DNA of 64,000 bases, from contig JANLHG010000020.1 in assembly GCA_024654575.1 (NCBI GenBank), forward strand, positions 55,991 to 119,990, written 5' to 3'. Positions 9,321 through 18,709 of this stretch are shown one piece after another (position 1 is the stretch's first letter; each line of letters opens with the position of its first letter). The notes under the pieces were generated by a model that was not told where the DNA came from, made no database searches, and saw nothing but the letters and a program-made list of their open reading frames with translations. A program made the position numbers and the translations under genes. Origin of the DNA: Patescibacteria group bacterium (GTDB taxonomy: Bacteria; Patescibacteriota; Minisyncoccia; Phycocordibacterales; PALSA-1337).

Positions 9321-10160
9321 TTACTTCCTAACATTTTCATCAAGTGAATGTCCTTGATTATCTTTCCAAGTATCCCAGCCGTTACAAATACCACCAATAA
9401 TTACATTTCCAGCAGAACTAGGGCTGGTAAATATGTAATCCTTAGTAAAGATATAAGAATTTTCGTCGTGATCTTTGAGAATACCGTCTTCAATCAACCT
9501 GTTTTTTAGTTGTTTACTAGAATTTCTTAAAAAAGACGGCTGTTCTTTTTTTCGAGCAAGCGAATTTTTATAAACTATAAATTCTTCTGTAGGAAGTAAT
9601 GTCCCATGCCCATCTGCACCCTTCAAGGTTACATATTTCATAGAATACATAACGCCACCAATTTGTTTTTTCGAATCTTCAAATACTAGATAGCCAAACA
9701 ATCCAGCCACAAGCTTGATATGTTCGAAACATTGAAAGGCGACTATCTTCTGTGCTTCAGAAAGCCTATTTTCTCTTGGTATTGCAGTATTAGAAATATC
9801 ATATCGATCTGCCTTCTTGGCAGTATCCACAGAAATACTTTCAAGATACTTTATAAGGGCACTGTCCAAACTACCAACGAATATAAAGGCAACATTCCAC
9901 TCATCTTCTTCTCTGTCAGCATCATGCGATATTAGTCTCCCAATAACATTTTCTGATTGGCCAATATATACTGATGGTCGTTCCTTTCCTTCACCGAATA
10001 AAAAATATAATCCAGGTTGTCCTACTTCTTCTCTAGCACGAAGTTCCGCAAGTTTTCCTCTTGGGGCAATAAACACCTTTCCAGTTCTTCCTTCCATTTC
10101 AATTAGCCGAAGTCCCTTTGGGTTATCATTCAGTAGAATTGTTGTTATTACTTGTGCCAT
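9321..10160 (-). CDS. GIY-YIG nuclease with DUF4357 domain
   Basis: PGLYFL...VYIGQSEN...RL..H...YLE; C-terminal FTSPSSAG...NGWDTWK. Confidence 0.88.
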   Translation of the reverse strand: MAQVITTILLNDNPKGLRLIEMEGRTGKVFIAPRGKLAELRAREEVGQPGLYFLFGEGKERPSVYIGQSENVIGRLISHDADREEDEWNVAFIFVGSLDSALIKYLESISVDTAKKADRYDISNTAIPRENRLSEAQKIVAFQCFEHIKLVAGLFGYLVFEDSKKQIGGVMYSMKYVTLKGADGHGTLLPTEEFIVYKNSLARKKEQPSFLRNSSKQLKNRLIEDGILKDHDENSYIFTKDYIFTSPSSAGNVIIGGICNGWDTWKDNQGHSLDENVRK

Positions 10161-10203
10161 GAAATTATTTAATAGGATTATATCACTTACTTCACTAATT
10201 TGA

Positions 10204-11043
10204 TTATTTTAATTTTTTTGCAATTTCGTATTCTTTTTTAGTAAGCTCTAAATTGCATTTTTTACATTTATATAAATCCGAAAAAGTTCTACTTGAACCA
10301 TATAAACTAGCAGCTTGTGGAAAAATGTCTGAATCTGATCCATCTAAAGAAAAGTCATATGCACCACAACGTGGACATTCTTCGCCAGTAATACTATACC
10401 CATAAGCAGAACTACGTGTATACATTGGAATAGCGAGACCGCCAAAAACCATTGTCTCCAGTGTATTTTTAATTGGTGTTATCTTTGTTTTGACTTCTTC
10501 AATTAAAACTTTCTCTAGTTCTTCTTCAGAGTATTTCTTTTTAGGTTTATTAGCTTTTATTAAATCCTTACCGAATATAGATATTGCTTGAGTAGATATT
10601 TTTTCCCATACTGTTCCTATTTTTTTAACTATATTTTCTCTGTCAGATAAAATACCAGCATCCGACTTATATCCATGAACAAAATGATTTCTAACCTTAT
10701 AAATATCAATTAAGACCTGCATCTCATCATCAGAAAAATCATTTTTGAACATTAATTTATATCTATCGAGGGTTTCTCTTATTCTAATAGTCTCAATATT
10801 CAATTCCTTTCCTTTTATAATTGCCACAAGAGAGTCATTCTCTTTGATTTTAGTATTTTCATAAACCAAAACTGGATTTTCATCATGTAGTTTAATTTTT
10901 AAAATTTTTTCTGTTACAATACAAAAAGAAACCACTATTTCTGGCAAGTCCTCTTGTTTGGTTGGAACATCAAAGAGATACTCGCCGACAACTGAATAGA
11001 GTCTAAGAAGATATTTATAATTTTTATCATTTTTTTCTTTCAT
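10204..11043 (-). CDS. Putative HEPN-domain protein with C-terminal zinc ribbon
   Basis: EKILK helix, RNHFVH (RxxxxH), CPRC...CKKC. Confidence 0.65.
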   Translation of the reverse strand: MKEKNDKNYKYLLRLYSVVGEYLFDVPTKQEDLPEIVVSFCIVTEKILKIKLHDENPVLVYENTKIKENDSLVAIIKGKELNIETIRIRETLDRYKLMFKNDFSDDEMQVLIDIYKVRNHFVHGYKSDAGILSDRENIVKKIGTVWEKISTQAISIFGKDLIKANKPKKKYSEEELEKVLIEEVKTKITPIKNTLETMVFGGLAIPMYTRSSAYGYSITGEECPRCGAYDFSLDGSDSDIFPQAASLYGSSRTFSDLYKCKKCNLELTKKEYEIAKKLK

Positions 11044-11048
11044 AATTT

Positions 11049-11963
11049 TTATGAAGGCTTTTTTTCTGATGTATCGATTTTCATATTCTCTATTTTCTCA
11101 GGACCAACATCTTGAATCTTTGCTTCCTCCTTTTTGGTTGGGAGAATCTTATCTATAATTTCAAATATCAATTCTGTAGGTACAACCCTTACTAATCCTG
11201 TTTGTTCAGTAAATACTATCCGTGGTTCTCCTGTCTGTTGGCTAATAGCAATATCAGAGTAGGTTTCTCCAGAACTAATAACTCCAATTAATCCTGCCGA
11301 AGAATTACTTTGAGTGCCTGTAATCGCCACTACCTCAGGCTTGTTGATAACAGGACCTCCACTATTTCCAGGATAAGCAGAGGCATCTATATAAAAGAAA
11401 CAATCTTCTAATACTTCTTCATCAACTCTAGCTATTATCCCTTGTCTCACAATTACGAAATTTCTTGTCTTGCCACTTATGCGCATCGGAAATCCAAGCA
11501 CAAACAATCCATCTCCAGTTGAAATATTTTCTATTGAGAAATCTTTAGCATAAAATATACTGTCCTCTCTAAAAAAGTAAAAATTTATTTTTGCATCATT
11601 AATTGCTACAGCATTAATAGGAAGAACAGCTAAATCAACTTTTTCACTCTCATGCATAAGCCAAAGAGGACTTTTGTCCTCTTTTAATAAAGGTACTTTA
11701 AAGTAATGACTTTTACTATCTAGGGTATTAAACCTAAAAAAGACTTCCTTTAATAGCTCTTTTGTTTTTGGATTTTGGAAAACATGTCTATTTGTTACAA
11801 CAAATAATTTAAAAAGGGGTTGTTTTTGATCATTTTCTCCCACTTTCTTACCAACTAAAAATCCTGTTGCAATTGAAATTTTACTTAATACTCCAGTAGT
11901 GTCTTTATTTTCTACCTCAATTGATACAACTGAATTTAAATATTGTGGTGGTATTAGAGACAT
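11049..11963 (-). CDS. Trypsin-like serine protease
   Basis: ATGF, VTNRHV, VDLAV, GNSGGP catalytic-triad motifs; ATG 11963 avoids overlap with hsdMS. Confidence 0.88.
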   Translation of the reverse strand: MSLIPPQYLNSVVSIEVENKDTTGVLSKISIATGFLVGKKVGENDQKQPLFKLFVVTNRHVFQNPKTKELLKEVFFRFNTLDSKSHYFKVPLLKEDKSPLWLMHESEKVDLAVLPINAVAINDAKINFYFFREDSIFYAKDFSIENISTGDGLFVLGFPMRISGKTRNFVIVRQGIIARVDEEVLEDCFFYIDASAYPGNSGGPVINKPEVVAITGTQSNSSAGLIGVISSGETYSDIAISQQTGEPRIVFTEQTGLVRVVPTELIFEIIDKILPTKKEEAKIQDVGPEKIENMKIDTSEKKPS

Positions 11964-11968
11964 AATTT

Positions 11969-14482
11969 CTATTCCTCCCAAAGTTTAGCTAGGGTGTCTT
12001 TAGTCTTTTGTTCATAAATCTCGATCAGTTTTTTATTACCTTCGACGAGAGTACGCTCCGATTCAATACGTTCCACGATTTGTTTTTGAATTCCGAGAGG
12101 TGGAAGAGGAATTTCAAAGCTAGAAACTTGGGCCAAAGATAAATTACTTTGAGCAACGCCCACTTTCAAACCAAGAATTTGGTTCTGAATCATATCTGAT
12201 CTTAAAACTTGTTCGAGGTATTTTGAATTTAGTTCTTTTTTTGGTGAAATTATTGCAAGTGCTTGGTTAGTATTGGCAGGTAATACAGAAGAATCTACCA
12301 AAGCAACTCGTCCAAGAGCGCCGGCGATTGAAAACAAGACATCATTTTCTTCCAACTGAGATCGTTTTAGAGATTCGTTACATTTCTGATTTATATGGGC
12401 AAATTTCTTCTTGATAAAATATCCATCATTATCAATTGATTCTATTTTAATAAAGTTAATTCCACTTTCTTGAAACTCAAATCCATTTGTGGTGGGAGTT
12501 GTCCCTTTTGTTACTCTGTTTGATACTTCTTCTAATTTCACCTTCTTCCACGAAGGATCAATTACTATGATTGGCTTCCAACTTGAAATGATTTGCTTAG
12601 CGCCGGCGATGATGTTTTGGTAGCCGTCTAGTTCAGCGACAATTTGCTGTTGGATTTCTAATGGCGGAATAGGAATTTTTTGATTTGCAATAGTTACATG
12701 CCCTAAATGCTTTTGAATCCCGCCCTTCATTTGCTGTTGTAATAAACCTTGGAATAAATCACTCTCCAGAATATTAAAGAGATATTTTTGATCCACCTTG
12801 TTTTTATCAAAAGAAATTCTAAATAAATTATTGCTTAATATCCCTGGAACAGCCATAAAAGCCCTGCCTGGTGTGCCGGTATTTGCCATAACAAGGTCTT
12901 CAACAGTGACTTCCTTGGTTGCATATATATCTTTAACATAAATTGATTTATCCTCGCCTTTAAAATCTTGTATATATAAATACCTTTTGTAACCACTTCT
13001 AAATTCATTTAACTGCTTTTCTTTAGGTATTTGTACACCCTGAGTAAATTCACAAACATCCCCCAACCTAACTATTGGCCATTTGGCATTGGTGTAATCT
13101 GTTGCTATGCGATAGCGATCTCCAGAAAGATTGTAGTCGCCAGATTCAGTAATCTTTTCTTTTTTCACTAACCAAGCAAAAAAACTACCGTCAGATATAA
13201 GTTGATTTTTTGTTCCCGTTTCAATAGCAATTTTCTGTGCTTTAAGAACATCAAGAGCTGCACCATCATCAGTTAAATCATTTATATGACTATCAGGAAG
13301 TGGTCGTCGACGAGCACCTAAATCAAAACCATCACTTTCAACTTTAATAAATAATATCTCATCTGTTTTCTTTGCTATCTCATTATCAAAAAATAGAATA
13401 CTGGTCTTTACTCCTGCATAAGGATTAAATACACCTTGTGGTAAAGAGACAACAGCATAGAGTCCATCTTCTACAAGATTCTTACGAAGTTGCTTATGTG
13501 CTGTACCGGACTGAAAAATAATACCTTCGGGAACAATAATACCTGCTCGGCCTTGAGGCCTTAGATGGTTCATTATGTAATCCACAAATAACACTTCGGA
13601 CCGGCTAGACTGAATACTAAACTTACTATGGGTGCTAACCCCGCCTTTTGGCGACATAAATGGGGGGTTGGCGAGAATTACAGAGAATTTGTCGCCCCAA
13701 CGTTCATCCATAGAGAGCGTGTCATATTGAAATATTTTTGGATTCTTGAATTGGTGTAGATACATATTGACTTGAGCTATACGGACCATTCCAGGGTCTA
13801 TGTCGTAGCCTTCAAAATTACCCATCAAGTTTTTACGCTGATCAGGGGTCAGAGGTTTTTCCTTTTTCTTTGGATCATTTTTACCGTCGTGTTGCTCGAG
13901 TATGTGTTTGTAGGCACTCACCAAGAATCCTCCAGTACCGCAGGCAGGGTCCAATACTTTGTCTTCCTGTGTCGGATCTACTACATCCACCATAAAATCA
14001 ATAATATGGCGTGGGGTGCGGAATTGTCCCGCATCGCCTTGAGATGACATGATAGAGAGCAGATATTCGTAGGCATTACCCAATTCTTCGGGGTGTGAAT
14101 AATCAAAGTAATTAATTTCCTTCAAAAATAAGCCTAGCACTTCAGGGCTTCGATACGGCAAAAATGCGGACTTAAAAATCTCACGAAAAAGTTGTGGAAG
14201 TTGTTTTGATTCAGAAAACTTTATAAGGGCTTCACTATAGATATTCATTCGCTCTTGATTGCCTATACGAGTATCAGCAAGACGAGTCCACGCATACTGC
14301 TCCAAGTCGCCTACAAAGAACGAGGGATCTCCACCCTGCTTAATCGCAGACTGGTCCATATCATCCATAAACTTGTAGATAAGAGCATTGGTGATCTGAT
14401 CTATTTGAGAAGTTGGATTTGGGACCACGCCGACAAGGACTTGGCGAGCGGCGTCTATATGTCTTTTTGTTTCGGTGTTCAT
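11969..14482 (-). CDS. hsdM: Type I RM HsdM-HsdS fusion (N6-adenine MTase plus two TRDs)
   Basis: GQFRTP, DPACGTGGF, NPPF, then two HsdS repeats (IPIPPLEIQQQIV; IPLPPLGIQKQIV). Confidence 0.92.
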   Translation of the reverse strand: MNTETKRHIDAARQVLVGVVPNPTSQIDQITNALIYKFMDDMDQSAIKQGGDPSFFVGDLEQYAWTRLADTRIGNQERMNIYSEALIKFSESKQLPQLFREIFKSAFLPYRSPEVLGLFLKEINYFDYSHPEELGNAYEYLLSIMSSQGDAGQFRTPRHIIDFMVDVVDPTQEDKVLDPACGTGGFLVSAYKHILEQHDGKNDPKKKEKPLTPDQRKNLMGNFEGYDIDPGMVRIAQVNMYLHQFKNPKIFQYDTLSMDERWGDKFSVILANPPFMSPKGGVSTHSKFSIQSSRSEVLFVDYIMNHLRPQGRAGIIVPEGIIFQSGTAHKQLRKNLVEDGLYAVVSLPQGVFNPYAGVKTSILFFDNEIAKKTDEILFIKVESDGFDLGARRRPLPDSHINDLTDDGAALDVLKAQKIAIETGTKNQLISDGSFFAWLVKKEKITESGDYNLSGDRYRIATDYTNAKWPIVRLGDVCEFTQGVQIPKEKQLNEFRSGYKRYLYIQDFKGEDKSIYVKDIYATKEVTVEDLVMANTGTPGRAFMAVPGILSNNLFRISFDKNKVDQKYLFNILESDLFQGLLQQQMKGGIQKHLGHVTIANQKIPIPPLEIQQQIVAELDGYQNIIAGAKQIISSWKPIIVIDPSWKKVKLEEVSNRVTKGTTPTTNGFEFQESGINFIKIESIDNDGYFIKKKFAHINQKCNESLKRSQLEENDVLFSIAGALGRVALVDSSVLPANTNQALAIISPKKELNSKYLEQVLRSDMIQNQILGLKVGVAQSNLSLAQVSSFEIPLPPLGIQKQIVERIESERTLVEGNKKLIEIYEQKTKDTLAKLWEE

Positions 14483-14486
14483 AGTT

Positions 14487-14936
14487 TTACATTATTCCTT
14501 TAAATTGTTCTTTTGTCTGTCCTATACTTTCACTGGCATTTTTCCCATCAGCCGAATATAATTCCTTCCAATCATATTCTCTAAAATTACTTTTCTTTTT
14601 CCACGATGAATATTCGTCATAAGAAATAGGGGGTTGTGGAGAATTACCATTTAGGCTAATCAGTGGAGTTTCTGGTTCAATCTTTTTAAGATACGCTACC
14701 GCATCTTCTCTTTTTGAAAAATGATTTATTGTAAAAAGAGGGTAACGATTACAATTCCTATATGTTGCAACGCACCATATAAAATCAGTTGGCGGTTGCT
14801 CATGATAGATCTTTGTCCAAACGGCTCCATCAGCGTTAGGTTCTATTTCAACTGTCCCTTTACACAAATACAAGACAAAAATTCTGTCATCAAAATAATT
14901 CTGTCCTTGAAATTCAATTGTGTTTAGGTGATTCAT
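14487..14936 (-). CDS. Hypothetical protein inserted between hsdR and hsdMS
   Basis: 149 aa, 3-4 bp spacing to both neighbours. Confidence 0.75.
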   Translation of the reverse strand: MNHLNTIEFQGQNYFDDRIFVLYLCKGTVEIEPNADGAVWTKIYHEQPPTDFIWCVATYRNCNRYPLFTINHFSKREDAVAYLKKIEPETPLISLNGNSPQPPISYDEYSSWKKKSNFREYDWKELYSADGKNASESIGQTKEQFKGIM

Positions 14937-14939
14937 ATT

Positions 14940-17507
14940 TTAATTCATAAAAGTGTTAAGAGACACATAATCTTTTACATATGTAGGGACTGTAGTCTTG
15001 AAGCCATTGAGTCTCTGATATTCTTCGAAATCAAATGAGGCGCAAAAATTAAGCTGTGCTAATTGCTTAGTCTCAATAATCTCTCGAACTTGCGGATCTA
15101 CTATATATGCTTTGAAAAAGCTTTTAACTGGCGCATAGTGCTCTTGATCTACTGTATTTACTTCCGTGAATTTACTCCATTCTGATTCAAGTAACTCATC
15201 TTTGGATTCAAAATTACTTTTCTGTCCAAAAGCGACCTGTAGAAATTCACGAATAGTAATGCGACGATCAACATTAAAAGTTTTTCTAATTCCTTGTAGA
15301 TTAAGAAAGTGATTTGGTTTGTCGAAAATGTTGGTTTTAGTATAGTCTTCAGCTGCTGCTACGTCTCCATTATTCCAAAGGTTCTTTAACGTTTCGTTGG
15401 CAAGCACATCTTCTTCTACAGCACGCTTGAAGCCTTCGCGGTCAATACGCATACCTTCGGAGCCAATATGTTTTTCTGAAATTGTAGCAAGCTCATCCTG
15501 TGTAGCTAAATCTATTGGGCCTTTGAAAATATTAGTGCCATCTTCGTCAACGAATATATCTGAACCACCGGAATCTTTACCAGTTGTTGTATCAGTTTCT
15601 TTTATCTTCTTAATCTTCGGAAGTTTAATCTTTTCGTCATATTTAAATTCATTTTCAAAATATTCACAAGTAGCAAAAAAATCAAAGAATTTGAAATGTT
15701 CTTTATGTTTTGTGATAGTTTCTTTTGTTGCATAATCAATATATTCAAATTGATATTTTCTTGTGCCTCTTCCTTTAATTTGCACAAACTCCGCAGGGCT
15801 AAACACTGGACGCATCAGTGCTAAGTTTAAAATATCTTGACAGTCATAACCTGTAGTCATCATTCCAACAGTAACCGCTATGCGACTTTTACTAGAATCA
15901 TAACCCTCAGGACTTTTAACTTTGCCATTAAGCATATTATTAGAGAAGTTAATGGTCATTTGTTGAGCATTTTGGACCAAAGAAGTCACTTGCACGGCAA
16001 AATTTGATTCACTGTATTGTTCTGGCCATTTTTCAAAAGCCAGTTTGTTTAATATATTAGTTATTCTTGAAGCATGCTTTTGAGACACACAGAAAACAAT
16101 TGATTTTCCAAACAAGTCCAAATTATATTTTTTAGCAACAGGATCAAAGAGTCCGTTATCTATAAACGCTTTACACATTGCGATATTAGTTTCTTCGTTA
16201 AAGAATTTTCTTTCGTAATGACGTTCATTAAACACTTCGTTGATTGTCTCTCCTTGCTCTGTGGTGGAATGGACCGCATAACCATCTTCTGAGAGAAGTT
16301 CTGTGGTAATATCTGTGCGAGCGTCTACTACTATAGGATTTATAAGAAAACCATCTTTAACACCTGAAAGTAAATCATAGCTGAATGTTGGTTTACCTGA
16401 CTCGCATCCGAATGTCTTATATGTATCTAATAACTGTCTTCGTTCAAACTCTCTCTGTGTATCCGCACCTTCGCCATCAAATCCTTTGAGATAGTTTTTT
16501 GGCGTTGCGGTAAGTCCTAATTTATAGCCCACAAAGTATTCAAATACCGCACGACTGTTGCCACCAATGGACCTATGACTTTCATCACTGATAGTCAATT
16601 CAAAATCTGTAGGCGAAAATTCTTTTTTATACCTATCACCCGCAAGAAATGTCTGAATAGTAGAAACCACAATTTGAGCATTACGCCATGAATCACGGCT
16701 ATCTTTGTAGATAACACTAGTGTAATCCTTTCCTAAATATTGTTTGAAAGCTTTTTGTGCTTGTTCCTCAAGCTCTATGCGATCGACTAGAAATAGGATA
16801 CGACGAGCATTACCTGATTTAAGAAATAATTTTATGACTGCGGCAGAAATAAGCGTTTTACCAGTCCCAGTAGCCATTTCAAATAAGAATCTATTTTTAT
16901 TTTCAAATGCAGAAGATTGTAAACTTTTAATTGCCCCAACTTGATATGGACGCAATTGTTTAAGGTTATTATTATGTAGAAATTCTCGTTTCTTTGATTC
17001 GTCTTTAAAATCAGGATCATTAGCATAGCTAGGCATTTGCGATTCAATAATATAGTTTTCGTCTACTTTTGTACTAGCTAGTTCTGAAGGATTAGGAATA
17101 TATTTTTCATATTGTGTAATAGATTCTTGTGTTGGAAAACGGGAAATAGTATCAGGATTGCCATGTTTTGTATCCCATAAATAATGAATGTTGCCATTGG
17201 ATAATATAACGAATCGAGCATTTACAGTACGAGCATAATTTTTAGCTTGATCTTTAGCCGAAAGTGGATCGATCGATTCTTTCTTTGCCTCTACTACAAC
17301 AAGAGCCCTGCCGTCTTTATCTAAAAGAAGAAAATCAATAAATCCGTGCGTCTCTTGTTCAAAGTCGTCTCCAAGTTCTGAATACTTTACTCCTGGCTCA
17401 AGTTCAATATTAGCTTTTCCATTTTTATCATCTTCAAAACGCCATCCTGATTCTTCAAGCAGTTTGTTTATCTTAATACGAGCCGATGCTTCTTTTAATT
17501 TCATCAT
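14940..17507 (-). CDS. hsdR: Type I restriction enzyme R subunit (EcoAI/EcoEI-like)
   Basis: PD-(D/E)xK IDFLL...VEAKK; MATGTGKT; DESHR; GLTATP; QIKGRGTR. Confidence 0.92.
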   Translation of the reverse strand: MMKLKEASARIKINKLLEESGWRFEDDKNGKANIELEPGVKYSELGDDFEQETHGFIDFLLLDKDGRALVVVEAKKESIDPLSAKDQAKNYARTVNARFVILSNGNIHYLWDTKHGNPDTISRFPTQESITQYEKYIPNPSELASTKVDENYIIESQMPSYANDPDFKDESKKREFLHNNNLKQLRPYQVGAIKSLQSSAFENKNRFLFEMATGTGKTLISAAVIKLFLKSGNARRILFLVDRIELEEQAQKAFKQYLGKDYTSVIYKDSRDSWRNAQIVVSTIQTFLAGDRYKKEFSPTDFELTISDESHRSIGGNSRAVFEYFVGYKLGLTATPKNYLKGFDGEGADTQREFERRQLLDTYKTFGCESGKPTFSYDLLSGVKDGFLINPIVVDARTDITTELLSEDGYAVHSTTEQGETINEVFNERHYERKFFNEETNIAMCKAFIDNGLFDPVAKKYNLDLFGKSIVFCVSQKHASRITNILNKLAFEKWPEQYSESNFAVQVTSLVQNAQQMTINFSNNMLNGKVKSPEGYDSSKSRIAVTVGMMTTGYDCQDILNLALMRPVFSPAEFVQIKGRGTRKYQFEYIDYATKETITKHKEHFKFFDFFATCEYFENEFKYDEKIKLPKIKKIKETDTTTGKDSGGSDIFVDEDGTNIFKGPIDLATQDELATISEKHIGSEGMRIDREGFKRAVEEDVLANETLKNLWNNGDVAAAEDYTKTNIFDKPNHFLNLQGIRKTFNVDRRITIREFLQVAFGQKSNFESKDELLESEWSKFTEVNTVDQEHYAPVKSFFKAYIVDPQVREIIETKQLAQLNFCASFDFEEYQRLNGFKTTVPTYVKDYVSLNTFMN

Positions 17508-17619
17508 ATAATTCTTAGAGTATAGCGTAAAAATACACTACTTGACAAGTAGATAGTAACACCTGTCTTGTGGTGTTATAATTTTAAATATATAAATGAA
17601 TCAAAGTAATAGCCATTAC

Positions 17620-17734
17620 TCAGTCTTTCTTTAAACGCTCTCTAGCTACATCTTTAACCAAATCAATAAGAGTATATTCTTCACCAAACCCTTTCTCTTT
17701 TCTTTTCTTTTCCAATCCAGTTTAGTGAAGGCAT
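17620..17734 (-). pseudogene. Deletion scar: start of a type III Mod-like MTase joined to another gene's C-terminus
   Basis: ATG 17734 gives MPSLNWIGKEK... then stop; shifted frame gives KEKGFGEEYTLIDLVKDVARERLKKD*. Confidence 0.55.
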
Positions 17735-17776
17735 ATTTTAATCTTACCAGTTTTTATATCACATTACTACCACCTA

Positions 17777-17866
17777 TTGACACTATTAAAAATTTGGTGT
17801 GCAACTAAAAATTTATCCCCTTTTTTTGATTTTTTTCTTTGAAGCAACCACCCACATTGCTATAAT
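17777..17866 (+). promoter_or_regulatory. Repeated promoter element copy 1 (degenerate DnaA box; TTGAAG-N16-TATAAT)
   Basis: Similar to 37642-37731 and 40328-40417. Confidence 0.75.
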
Positions 17867-18027
17867 TTAACATGTTGAGTACTGAAATATAATTTTATCT
17901 TTGTTTGTCTAATTTCTTCTCGTTAGTTACTGTAAATAATCGGTAATTAACGGGAGGGCGTTAGAAGGTAATACAGTCAATCCCTCAAATATACTGTAGT
18001 CAAGCATAGACTTAAAAAGCACTGCAA

Positions 18028-18180
18028 ATGAAAACAAAATTTGCAAGATGTTTTCCACTTCCAGACGGCAACATGTGTTGCAAACATTGGAATGGAAACT
18101 ATATCGTCTTTCCCATGAAAGGAGATCATCGTTCAAGAAACGAAAAATCCCCCAATGAGGAGGACGATTCGGAAGAATAA
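18028..18180 (+). CDS. Small ORF (50 aa) in tRNA-like module 1
   Basis: MKTKFARCFPLPDGNMCCKHWNGNYIVFPMKGDHRSRNEKSPNEEDDSEE; same position as the small ORF of module 2. Confidence 0.5.
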   Translation: MKTKFARCFPLPDGNMCCKHWNGNYIVFPMKGDHRSRNEKSPNEEDDSEE

Positions 18181-18214
18181 ACTACCAAATTTATTTTTCA
18201 ACCCACATTTCAAA

Positions 18215-18381
18215 TTGAAGCGTGGGCAGAGGAAGTAATATAAAGCATGATTGGCTCTATAACTTAATGGATAAAGCAACAGATTAGTAATCTGTATCCA
18301 TCACAGGATGATTTATTCTTAAGTCATGATCTCGGTTCGAATCCGAGTAGAGCCGTTTTACTTCCTCTGTCCACTCTTCAA
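18215..18381 (+). repeat. 24-bp inverted repeat enclosing tRNA-like element 1
   Basis: ttgaagcgtgggcagaggaagtaa (18215-18238) / ttacttcctctgtccactcttcaa (18358-18381). Confidence 0.9.
18253..18355 (+). tRNA. Non-canonical tRNA-like gene: anticodon AGT (Thr), Arg-like body, 35-nt variable region
   Basis: GGCTCTA/TAGAGCC acceptor; D-loop AATGGATA; ACAGA-TTAGTAA-TCTGT; CTCGG-TTCGAAT-CCGAG; G73; no CCA. Confidence 0.75.
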
Positions 18382-18384
18382 ATT

Positions 18385-18456
18385 TTATAAAGAACGAAAA
18401 ATTACCCCATTTGGGGTGTGAACTAATCTTTTTATTAGAGTAGAATCATGTTTCAT
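18385..18456 (-). CDS. Conserved antisense mini-ORF (23 aa), copy 1
   Basis: MKHDSTLIKRLVHTPNGVIFRSL; near-identical copy at 38217-38288; minus-strand TATAAT at 18534-18539. Confidence 0.45.
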   Translation of the reverse strand: MKHDSTLIKRLVHTPNGVIFRSL

Positions 18457-18709
18457 TTTTATCACCATATTAAATAAACCGCGTATGTGTATCGTATTTG
18501 TTACTATATTAACGATACATTCAGTACAGGTACATTATACTATACGGCTAGTTACATAAAAGCAAGTTTCTGGGGAAAACACACATTCTAGGATATAAAA
18601 TATGAAATAAGTATGAATTATTAGTTTATGTCAATATAAGTTATACAATGCTAGTAAAATTAATATTTGGTACGATAACAACAAATGGATAGTTTTGCAT
18701 TAAACATAG

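Larger units (their letters stand above)
1..17734. mobile_element. Putative integrative element / defence island (boundaries not resolved)
   Basis: Serine integrase, RHH regulator, ArdC-like gene, HNH, ImmA-like peptidase, RM and defence cargo; no att site identified. Confidence 0.6.

Noticed and set aside
17927-18136. Minus-strand ORFs 17927..18136 and 37866..38129
   Set aside because: Shadow ORFs opposite the + strand small ORFs and tRNA-like elements; not similar to each other
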